From assembly GCA_033344915.1 (NCBI GenBank), contig JAWPML010000001.1:3550263-3614262 (forward strand): 64,000 bases of DNA, given 5' to 3'. Within the stretch, counting starts at the first letter, position 1. Each line of letters opens with the position of its first letter. The notes below the pieces were generated by a model. That model had not been told where the DNA came from, ran no database searches, and saw only the letters and a list, made by a program, of their open reading frames with translations. Below, one piece after another: positions 37,064-45,228 of this stretch. The position numbers and the translations under genes are program-made. The DNA is from Acidimicrobiales bacterium (GTDB taxonomy: Bacteria; Actinomycetota; Acidimicrobiia; Acidimicrobiales; Aldehydirespiratoraceae).

Positions 37064-38076
37064 CGGAGACACGTGAGGTCCTCCGATGGTCGACCGCGTC
37101 CGCATCGGTGCGTGGGTCGTCGCATCGGCGCAGCGACACCGTCAACCAGGACGCGGTGCTGGTCCGCGAGGTCGGCGACGCGGTCGTCGTCGCGGTGGCT
37201 GACGGTCACGGCAGCCGCACCCACATGCGATCCGACGCCGGGTCTCGCCTCGCCGTCGAAGCCGCGTGTTCGCTCGGGGCCGAGCTCGTCGAGGACGGCC
37301 TGCTGCACCGGGCGGAGAGTGACATCGTCACCACGCTCGAATACGAGGCCGGCCCGGCCCTCGTCGAACGGTGGCGCTCGGCGGTACTCGACCATGTCGC
37401 GGACAACCCGTGGACATCCGAGGATCTCGCGGTCTCACCCGGCGCAGCCGGTGATCCGTTCCATGGCTACGGCACGACGATCATGGTCGCGCTGGCCGGT
37501 CCCGATCGGGTCGCCGTGCTCCAGCTGGGCGACGGCGATGTCCTCGTCGGCCACCGATCCGGCCGGGCCACGCTGCCGGTGCCGGGCGACGATCGACTCA
37601 TCGGCAATCAGACCACCTCGTTGTGTCTCGACTCCGCGCCGGATGACTTTCGGGCCGCGGCCATCGCCCTCGACGGCGACCCGGTCCGGTTCGTGTCCAT
37701 CACCACCGACGGCTACGCGAACTCCTTCGCCTCGGAGAACTGGGGGGAGGAGGTCGGCGCCGACATGCTCGAGCATCTCGATCGCGACGGTCTTCCGTAC
37801 GTCGCGGGGAGCCTCGAGGACTGGCTCGGCGAGTCGGCCGAGATCGGTGGGGACGACGTCACGATGGGTCTGCTCGTCGCCGACCTGGAGACGATCGAGG
37901 TCGAGGTGCCCGAGGAGGTCGATGGGCCGGTGCGCGATCTCGACGATCTGGCCGATGTCACGACCGAGGTGAAGGGCCGGCGCCGTGGCCGGCGCCGGAT
38001 CGTGCTGATCGTGCTGCTGATCCTCCTCGTTCTCGGTGGTGGGGTCGGGGCGGCGATCGCCCTGTTCGTCCTGTGA
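37060..38076 (+). CDS. PP2C-family Ser/Thr phosphatase with a C-terminal TM anchor
   Basis: GSSHRRSDTVNQDAV, VAVADGHGS, ITTDGY and GGDDVTM; C-terminal RRRGRRRIVLIVLLILLVLGGGVGAAIALFVL. GTGA overlap with the vWA stop. Confidence 0.8.
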   Translation: MTETREVLRWSTASASVRGSSHRRSDTVNQDAVLVREVGDAVVVAVADGHGSRTHMRSDAGSRLAVEAACSLGAELVEDGLLHRAESDIVTTLEYEAGPALVERWRSAVLDHVADNPWTSEDLAVSPGAAGDPFHGYGTTIMVALAGPDRVAVLQLGDGDVLVGHRSGRATLPVPGDDRLIGNQTTSLCLDSAPDDFRAAAIALDGDPVRFVSITTDGYANSFASENWGEEVGADMLEHLDRDGLPYVAGSLEDWLGESAEIGGDDVTMGLLVADLETIEVEVPEEVDGPVRDLDDLADVTTEVKGRRRGRRRIVLIVLLILLVLGGGVGAAIALFVL

Positions 38077-38153
38077 CACACGCGGAAACGGGCCGCCGCA
38101 CCGGAGTGCAGCGGCCCGTGTTCCCGGGGTTCGAGCGGCCGGTGGCCGCGGAC

Positions 38154-39182
38154 TCAGCGGATGCCCAGCGGGACGTAGTGGTCGCAGGCCGCCGGCGAGG
38201 CACCGTCGTAGCCCTCGGCGAACGCCTGCATGCGCTGCTCCGACGTGCCGTGGTGGTCAGGGCTGTCGAAGTAGCTGTCGCCCACGAGCCAGGCGGCGGT
38301 GAGGCCCTCCTCGACGTCACCCGGGTCCAGGATGCCGGCGGCGTCGGCGCCGGCGGTCCACACGCCGGCCAGGCAGTCGGCGTGCTTTTCGAGGGTGGGG
38401 ACGTCGTACAGGTTTCCGACGCCGAACTCGTTCTGGATCTGGTGGCCGTACTCGTGGGCCATGATCATGGCGACGGCGAAGTCACCGATGACACCGCCCG
38501 CGTACTGGCCGTCGGGGCCGACCATCTCGCCCGAGTAGATCTCCCACGCGGCCTGCTGCGAGACGACGATGCGGTCCGAGGCGGGGCAGTAGAACAGGGC
38601 GCTGTCGTCGATGATCGACGGGTTGCCCTGGGCATCGGTGCACCACGAGTAGGACCACTCGCCGGGGGCGGGGAAGTAGTAGTAGACCCACGGCTCGGCG
38701 AGACCGTTCGCGGCGAACACGTCGGTCCAGTAGACGTCGATCTCGTAGAGGACGTAGGTCATGAACTCCTCCATCGAGTACCACTCGTAGTCCGTGTACA
38801 CGGTCGTGGTGCCGTCGTCCCACTGCTGGCGGGGCGAGAGCATCGGGGTGCTGTCGACTGCCTGCGGGTCGGCGCTGCGTTCGACGGGGCGCACCGAGCG
38901 GGCCTCGTCGCCGTCGGTCGAGACCGTGCGGTCCGGACCGTTCGAGGGGCTGGACGCGACCGAGTCGCCGGAGCGCTGCTCCGCCACGACCCGGGTCCCG
39001 GCGTGGGGCTCGGTCGAGTTGACGGTGCAGGCGCCGGCGAGCACGGCGATCGCCGTCACGACGACGGCGACGAAGCGGCCCCGCACGGTGCGGCGGCGAG
39101 GAGCCGGTGTGATCGGCATCTCGGCCAGCTGGACCGTGTTGGTGCTGTTGGTGCTGTCGGTGTTGGTGGGTTCGGTGGTCAT
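38154..39182 (-). CDS. Putative neutral zinc metallopeptidase (YpfJ-like) lipoprotein
   Basis: Lipobox-like VLAGAC; HEYGHQIQ zinc motif. An alternative start at MPITPAPRRR lies 21 codons downstream. Confidence 0.65.
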   Translation of the reverse strand: MTTEPTNTDSTNSTNTVQLAEMPITPAPRRRTVRGRFVAVVVTAIAVLAGACTVNSTEPHAGTRVVAEQRSGDSVASSPSNGPDRTVSTDGDEARSVRPVERSADPQAVDSTPMLSPRQQWDDGTTTVYTDYEWYSMEEFMTYVLYEIDVYWTDVFAANGLAEPWVYYYFPAPGEWSYSWCTDAQGNPSIIDDSALFYCPASDRIVVSQQAAWEIYSGEMVGPDGQYAGGVIGDFAVAMIMAHEYGHQIQNEFGVGNLYDVPTLEKHADCLAGVWTAGADAAGILDPGDVEEGLTAAWLVGDSYFDSPDHHGTSEQRMQAFAEGYDGASPAACDHYVPLGIR

Positions 39183-39255
39183 GTCGATCTCCTGGGTGGT
39201 AGGTGTGAAGAGATCGAACGACGGGGCGCTTTGCGGCCACTGAAGGTTCGTTGAA

Positions 39256-40356
39256 ATGGCTGAAAACGGGGTGCTGCAGGTTCGGGTGCTCGGCTCGGTG
39301 ACGGTCGAGATCGACGGGTTCGCGGTGTCGGTCGGCGGTGCCCGGCCGGCGCTTCTGCTCGCCCGGCTCGCCGTGTCCGCACCGGCGCCGGTTCGGGTCG
39401 AGCAGCTGATCGACGCGATCTGGGGCGACGACGCCTCGGAGAAGGCCGCGAACACCCTTCAGGTCCACGTCTCGAACCTGCGGCGGACGCTGAAACCGGC
39501 CGGGGACCCGGCCCAACTGCTGCGGACCGTGCGCAACGGCTACGAGCTCGCGCTCACCGCCGATCAGCTCGACATCCTGGCGTTCGAGGAGCACACGGCG
39601 ACGGCCCGCCGGGCGGCCGGGGCCGGTGACCACGAGGGCGCGGCGGCCGCGTTCACCGCCGCGCTGGCGATCCCGCGCGGCGAGCCGCTGGCGGACCTTC
39701 TCGATCACGAGTGGGCCGCCAACGAGGCCACGGTGATCGGGGAACGGCTCGCCGGCGTGTGGCGGGAGTGGGCCCAGGCCGAGCTCGACGCCGGCCGCCA
39801 TCTCGCGGCGCTGCCCTCACTCGAGCAGCGCCTCCGCGACGTTCCCCTCGACGAGGGTGTGGCCGGCCTGCTCGTGCTGGCGCTCTACCGGGCGGGACGC
39901 CAGACCGATGCGCTGCGGGTGGTGTCGGACATGCGCCGCCGGCTCGGCGAGGAGATCGGTGTCGACCCGGGACCGGAACTCGCCGACCTCGAGTCGCGGA
40001 TCCTCGCCCACGACGAACGTCTGCTCGGCGCGGTGGGGGCGATCGACCTCCCGGCATCCACCCGCGTGGTGGACGATCGGGACCGCGGCTTCCTGGTCAT
40101 CGGCGGTCGGCGCCATGTGCTCGCCCGGGGGCTGATGACGATCGGGCGACGCGACGATCAGGACATCGTGATCGACGACGCGGACGTGAGCCGCGAACAC
40201 GCCGTGGTCGAACGCATCGCGACCGGCTTTCGGATCGTCGATCGCGGCTCCACGAACGGCATCTGGGTGAACGGCGTGCAGGTCGACGACGCCGACCTCA
40301 CCGACGGCGACGAACTCCTCCTCGGATCCACAGTCGCCACCTTCCGCTCCACCTGA
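39256..40356 (+). CDS. EmbR-like regulator: OmpR-type wHTH + BTAD + C-terminal FHA
   Basis: LQVRVLGSVTVEIDG...LLLARLAV...NTLQVHVSNLRR (wHTH), a BTAD helical region, and FHA (MTIGRRDDQDIVIDDADVSREHAVV...GSTNGIWVNG). Confidence 0.8.
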   Translation: MAENGVLQVRVLGSVTVEIDGFAVSVGGARPALLLARLAVSAPAPVRVEQLIDAIWGDDASEKAANTLQVHVSNLRRTLKPAGDPAQLLRTVRNGYELALTADQLDILAFEEHTATARRAAGAGDHEGAAAAFTAALAIPRGEPLADLLDHEWAANEATVIGERLAGVWREWAQAELDAGRHLAALPSLEQRLRDVPLDEGVAGLLVLALYRAGRQTDALRVVSDMRRRLGEEIGVDPGPELADLESRILAHDERLLGAVGAIDLPASTRVVDDRDRGFLVIGGRRHVLARGLMTIGRRDDQDIVIDDADVSREHAVVERIATGFRIVDRGSTNGIWVNGVQVDDADLTDGDELLLGSTVATFRST

Positions 40357-40357
40357 A

Positions 40358-40587
40358 GTTGAGACGCGGGGTCAGAGTCCCGTCCCACCTTGCGGCGTCA
40401 CCAATCCCGGAGACGCACCGGCTCGCCGGAGGTACGGGTTCCTCTCGCGTTTCGGGGCTGCACGCCACCAGCAGGACGGCGACCGACAAAAGTCCGACGA
40501 GTCGAGCGCACGGGCGAATGGCCATGCCGTCTCATCGGCGGAACCCGTGGTCGAGATGAGACGGGACTCTGACCCCGGCGTCTCAAC
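40358..40587. repeat. 27/28-bp inverted repeats bracketing a 175-bp spacer between convergent genes
   Basis: gttgagacgcggggtcagagtcccgtc (40358..40384) versus gacgggactctgaccccggcgtctcaac (40560..40587); one indel. Confidence 0.7.
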
Positions 40588-42845
40588 TACTGCTTGCTGA
40601 GCTCGGCTCGCATCTCGGCTTCCATGGCGTCGGTGCTGCCCCGTTCGAGCAGTTGGATGTCGACCTGCTTGACCCGGGCGCCGTAGGGGAAACGCCCCTC
40701 GTACTCGCGTGAGACGGGCGAACTCCCGCCGCGGCCGAGCGAGGCGCCGACGGACGACATCATGCCCGCGACCCACGGGATCTCACCGATCCCGACCGGT
40801 TCACCGTCGATCGACAGCCGGGCGATGCCCTTCCGACCGGGTGCCCGGAGGAACTGCACGTCGAACGTCGACGCGTCGGCCGGCACCGGGATGTCCGATC
40901 GCACGATCGTGTGGTCGTCGAACGCGTTGTAGTCGAACACCAGGTGCCCGTCCTTCACGAAGAGGGCCACTCCCGAGTTCTCGGTGCCGGTGGAGTAGAG
41001 AACGCCGTCGGCGACCCCGTCGACCGTCGCGGTCATCGTCCACGAGCGACCGCCGAGCGTCGCGCCGGCCTGCCCCGGGAGGTCCGACATCGGCGGACGG
41101 TAGACGTAGTGCATGTCCGCCGGATGCGGCGAGCGCTCGCGGTAGCGGTTGCCGAACAGCTCGATCATCCGCTCGTCGAGGGGGAGGACACCTTCCTTCT
41201 CGGCCTCCTGCCACCAGAGGTCGATCATCTCCTGGAGCTTGTCGGGCATCGACTCGGCGAGGTCGTTGCACTCGGACGGGTCCTCGGCGAGGTTGTACAG
41301 CTCCCACCGGTCCTCGTCGAAGGGCACGCCGCTGGTGTGGCGGGTGACGGCCTTCCAGCCGTCGTGCCACAGGCCACGATGGCCGGCCATCTCGTAGTAC
41401 TGGATCTGCTTGGTGGTGGCCGCGTCGGCGTCGGTGAGCGTGTAGGTCATCGGCACGCCGCTGACCGGCATCTGCTCGAAGCCGCGCCGCTCGGTGGGTG
41501 CTTCGATGCCGAGCATGTCGTAGATCGTGGCGGCCACGTCGTTGACATGGTGGAACTGGCGACGGATGCCGCCGGCGTCGGTGACCTGGTCGGGGTAGTG
41601 GACGATGAACGGCACGTGGACGCCGCCCTCGTGGGTGTTCTGCTTGTACCACTTGAACGGGGTGTTGCCGACCTGGGCCCAGCCCCACGGATAGTTGGTG
41701 TGCGAGTGGGGTCCGCCGATGTCGTCGAGGTGCTCGATCGCCTCGTCGGGTGTCTCGAGGATGCCGTTGAAGAACTTCATCTCGTGGAGCACGCCGAACG
41801 GGCCGCCCTCCTGCGACGCGCCGTTGTCTCCCAAGACGACGATCACCGTGTTGTCGAGCTCACCGATCTCGCGCAGGTCCTCGACGAGTCGGTCGATCTG
41901 GTCGTCGGTGTGCTCGAGGAAGGCGGCGAACGCCTCCTGCAGCCGACAGGCCAGCGCCCGGGTGTTGTCGTCCATGTCGTCCCAGGCCTCGACACCTGGG
42001 TTGCGGGGGGCGAGCTGGGTGGTCGGCTCGGTGATCCCGAGCTCGATCTGCCGCTCGAACCAGCGTTGGCGGACGACGTCCCAGCCCTCGTCGTACTTGC
42101 CCCGATACTTCCGCAGGTACTCCTCGGGCGCCTGATGCGGCGCATGGGTCGCGCCGAACGCGCAATAGAGCAGGAACGGCCGGTCCGGCCGGACGGACTT
42201 CGAATCGTGGACGAACTCGATCGCCTTGTCGATCATGTCCTCACTGACGTGGTAGCCGTCCGTGCCGCCCGACGATGCCGGCGCCTCGATGTGGTGGTTG
42301 TCGTACGTGAGCGTCGGGTTGAACTGGTCGGTCTCGCCCTCGAGGAAGCCGTAGAAGCGATCGAACCCGCGTTGCAACGGCCACTGGTCGAAGGGCCCGG
42401 CGGCCGAGCACTGTTCCATCGGCGCGAGGTGCCACTTGCCGACGGCGAACGTCGCGTAGCCCTCGTCGTGGAGGACCTCGGCCATCGTCGCCGCGTGATT
42501 CGAGATGTGGCCCGTCATGTGGGGGAAGCCGGTGTTGAAGTTGGACACCCCCCGCATGCCGACGGCGTGGTGGTTGCGACCGGTGAGGAGCGCGGCGCGG
42601 GTCGGCGAGCACAGGGGGGTGACGTGGAAGTTCGTGTAGCGCAGGCCGTTGGCGGCGAGCGCGTCGACCGCCGGCGTGGCGATGTCGGAGCCGTAGCAGC
42701 CGAGCTGGGAGAAGCCGAGGTCATCGAAGAGGATGATCACGACGTTGGGCGCGTCGTCGCCGGGGTGGGGCGGCTCGACGAAGTGGGGTTCGGACTCGGC
42801 GATGGTGCGCCCGATCGTCCCGTTCCATTCTCCGTATGTCTTCAT
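40587..42845 (-). CDS. Arylsulfatase (formylglycine-dependent sulfatase family)
   Basis: NVVIILFDDLGFSQLGCYGS and the sulfatase signature TPLCSPTRAALLTGRNHH; 752 aa. Confidence 0.9.
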   Translation of the reverse strand: MKTYGEWNGTIGRTIAESEPHFVEPPHPGDDAPNVVIILFDDLGFSQLGCYGSDIATPAVDALAANGLRYTNFHVTPLCSPTRAALLTGRNHHAVGMRGVSNFNTGFPHMTGHISNHAATMAEVLHDEGYATFAVGKWHLAPMEQCSAAGPFDQWPLQRGFDRFYGFLEGETDQFNPTLTYDNHHIEAPASSGGTDGYHVSEDMIDKAIEFVHDSKSVRPDRPFLLYCAFGATHAPHQAPEEYLRKYRGKYDEGWDVVRQRWFERQIELGITEPTTQLAPRNPGVEAWDDMDDNTRALACRLQEAFAAFLEHTDDQIDRLVEDLREIGELDNTVIVVLGDNGASQEGGPFGVLHEMKFFNGILETPDEAIEHLDDIGGPHSHTNYPWGWAQVGNTPFKWYKQNTHEGGVHVPFIVHYPDQVTDAGGIRRQFHHVNDVAATIYDMLGIEAPTERRGFEQMPVSGVPMTYTLTDADAATTKQIQYYEMAGHRGLWHDGWKAVTRHTSGVPFDEDRWELYNLAEDPSECNDLAESMPDKLQEMIDLWWQEAEKEGVLPLDERMIELFGNRYRERSPHPADMHYVYRPPMSDLPGQAGATLGGRSWTMTATVDGVADGVLYSTGTENSGVALFVKDGHLVFDYNAFDDHTIVRSDIPVPADASTFDVQFLRAPGRKGIARLSIDGEPVGIGEIPWVAGMMSSVGASLGRGGSSPVSREYEGRFPYGARVKQVDIQLLERGSTDAMEAEMRAELSKQ

Positions 42846-42983
42846 TGCTGATCCTCCGCTCGGCGGTGGAGATCCCCGTCGCCTCGTCGATCGATGCCCG
42901 ACCGCAACTACGGTCGCGGTTGTGACGATAGGCCGACCAAACTATTGTCGGCAAGACTGACAGAACATGCCTGGAGCCGTTCG

Positions 42984-44021
42984 ATGAAGCTTTCGATGAC
43001 CCTCAACTACTCGGGTGACCCCCGCGCCGCGGGCGAGGAGGCCGCCGATCTCGAGCGGGCCGGCGTCGACGTCGGCTGGGTGGCGGAGCTCTACAGCTTC
43101 GACGCCGTGTCGATCCTCGGCTATCTCGCGGCGAAGACCGAGACGATGGAACTCGGCTCGGCGATCCTGCCGATCTACTCCCGCACGCCGACGCTGACCG
43201 CCATGACCGCGGCCGGTCTCGATGCCGTCTCCGACGGCCGCTTCATCCTCGGCATCGGCGCCTCCGGGCCCCAGGTGATCGAGGGCTGGCACGGGCTGCC
43301 CTACGACAAGCCGATCGGCCGTCAGAAGGAGATCATCGAGATCTGCCGCAAGGTGTGGGCCCGTGAGGTCGTCACCCACGACGGTGACTCCTACCAGCTG
43401 CCGCTCCCGGAGGATCAGGGCACCGGCCTGGGCAAGCCGCTCAAGCTGATCAACCACCCGAAGCGGGCCGACATCCCGATCTACATCGCGTCGCTCGGTC
43501 CGAAGAACGTCGAGGTCACCGCGGAGATGGCCGACGGCTGGATTCCCGTCTTCTTCCATCCCGACAAGGCCAATGACGTGTGGGGCGATGCCCTCGCCAA
43601 GGGTGCGGCGAACCGTGATCCGTCGCTGCCGCCGATGAGCATCGTCGCCGGGGGCACGGTCGCCATCTGCGACGAGGACCAGGCGCAGAAGATCCGCGAC
43701 GGCGGTCGGTTCATGACGGCGCTCTACGTCGGTGGCATGGGGGCCAAGGGCAAGAACTTCTACAACAACATCTTCCGCAAGTACGGCTACGAGGAAGAAG
43801 CGGAGAAGATCCAGGACCTCTATCTCGCCGGCAAGAAGGAAGAAGCCATGGCCGCGGTGCCCCAGGACTTCCTCGACGCGACGGCGATGGTCGGCGACGA
43901 GGGCCGGGTCCGCGAGCGCATCGAGGCGTACCAGGCCGCCGGTGTCACCCACCTGTCGATCACTCCGGCGGGGGCCGATCGCCTCGGCCTCATCGAGAAG
44001 GTCAAGGGCTGGATCAGCTGA
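42984..44021 (+). CDS. LLM-class (luciferase-like) flavin/F420-dependent oxidoreductase
   Basis: MKLSMTLNYSGDP...GRFILGIGASGPQVIEGWHG...; typical LLM F420-type sequence. Confidence 0.75.
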   Translation: MKLSMTLNYSGDPRAAGEEAADLERAGVDVGWVAELYSFDAVSILGYLAAKTETMELGSAILPIYSRTPTLTAMTAAGLDAVSDGRFILGIGASGPQVIEGWHGLPYDKPIGRQKEIIEICRKVWAREVVTHDGDSYQLPLPEDQGTGLGKPLKLINHPKRADIPIYIASLGPKNVEVTAEMADGWIPVFFHPDKANDVWGDALAKGAANRDPSLPPMSIVAGGTVAICDEDQAQKIRDGGRFMTALYVGGMGAKGKNFYNNIFRKYGYEEEAEKIQDLYLAGKKEEAMAAVPQDFLDATAMVGDEGRVRERIEAYQAAGVTHLSITPAGADRLGLIEKVKGWIS

Positions 44022-44635
44022 TGGGGGCGCTGCGGACCGCGGCGAAGACCTTCCTCACGAAGACCGACCCGTCGGTCTACGAGGCGCTGCCCCGGCCCAC
44101 GGATCCCGGTGACTACGAGCTTCCCGAGCTCGATGGTTCCGGCGTGCCGGTCGCCGAGATCCCGCTCGCGGGCACGAAGCCCGACGCGTCGCCCGCAGTG
44201 TGGGCGCCCCGTGTGCTCGCGGCGTCACGCGAGCCGTTGGCGCCGGGATTCCCGGATCTGCGTGGCGTCTGGGAGGTCTACAAGGGTCGCATGACGGGCA
44301 GCGTCCACCGCATCGAGCAGGCCGGCAACCGGATCACGATCACCGTGGGCGGCCTCGTCCACGACATGTTCTGCGACGGCACTCTCGAGAACGGCGTCGA
44401 CGACATCGGTGGCTTCGACGGCTCGCGTATTCGGGTCGCCGCGACGATGGAGAACGGGGTGCACAAGCTGCGCCCCGGCGGCAAGCGGATCGTCGCCGTC
44501 ACCCGTCGCCTCAGCGACGACGGCACCGAGCTGCTCTGGCGCTACGGCCCCGGTAGGAACCGGTGCCGGCGCCTCACCGAGACCCCGATGGATCACGCCC
44601 CGACGCGAGCCGTGGTGCTCGAGGATCAGCGGTAG
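44021..44635 (+). CDS. Hypothetical protein
   Basis: Coding-like composition; start overlaps the LLM stop by 1 nt; no motif recognised. Confidence 0.45.
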   Translation: MGALRTAAKTFLTKTDPSVYEALPRPTDPGDYELPELDGSGVPVAEIPLAGTKPDASPAVWAPRVLAASREPLAPGFPDLRGVWEVYKGRMTGSVHRIEQAGNRITITVGGLVHDMFCDGTLENGVDDIGGFDGSRIRVAATMENGVHKLRPGGKRIVAVTRRLSDDGTELLWRYGPGRNRCRRLTETPMDHAPTRAVVLEDQR

Positions 44636-45228
44636 GTGGTCGACAGCAGGTGGTCGTACTGGCTGATCTCGTAGGTCTGCACGTCGGCTTGAGCACGAGC
44701 GAGCCGGCGCACCTTCTCGAGGTCGGCGAGGTCGGTGGCAGCCTCGGCCATGGCCACGCCGCCGACATGGTGAGCTCGCATGAGAACGAGCCACCGACGG
44801 CCCTGCTCGATGCCGTCGGCCAGTGACAGCTCCCGGAGCTCGCCGGCGGAGGCCAGGCCGGGCATCATCTCGAGCGGCATCCCGGCGCCGTCGTTCATGC
44901 CCATCCAGCCCATCACGAGCTCGGGGGACGCCGTGGACTCGCCCCAGTCGGTGAGCCAGGCGCGCATCTGGCCGACCTCCATCGCCTGGTTGGTGAGCAC
45001 CTCGGTGGCCGCCGCCTGGACCGAATCGCCGGTCGCTCGGCCGAGCACCCGCTGGCACATGGCGAGCGCTTGCACATGGTGAGCGGTCATGTCCGTGCAG
45101 AAGCCGATGTCGGCCTCGCCGGGGGACTCGGTCGTGTTCGCCCCGGCATCACCGGTGGGGATCGCGACGCCCACGGCGGCACCGCCCGCGACCGCCCCGC
45201 CCAGTTGGAGCAGGCGGCGCCGTTCCAT
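44626..45228 (-). CDS. DUF305 family protein with a Tat-like signal
   Basis: MERRRLLQLGGAVAGGAA (twin-Arg) and two HH-containing helices (DMTAHHVQALAM, MRAHHVGGVAMA). Confidence 0.7.
   Translation of the reverse strand: MERRRLLQLGGAVAGGAAVGVAIPTGDAGANTTESPGEADIGFCTDMTAHHVQALAMCQRVLGRATGDSVQAAATEVLTNQAMEVGQMRAWLTDWGESTASPELVMGWMGMNDGAGMPLEMMPGLASAGELRELSLADGIEQGRRWLVLMRAHHVGGVAMAEAATDLADLEKVRRLARAQADVQTYEISQYDHLLSTTYR

Noticed and set aside
40298-40525. 75-aa minus ORF with a lipoprotein signal peptide, considered as a real gene
   Set aside because: It is not annotated as a CDS because 59 nt run antisense into the EmbR-like gene and the mature part is short and Arg/Trp-rich. It is kept as part of the inverted-repeat finding instead.
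40911-42851. 646-aa + strand ORF
   Set aside because: It is antisense to the arylsulfatase, which carries the CSPTR sulfatase signature.
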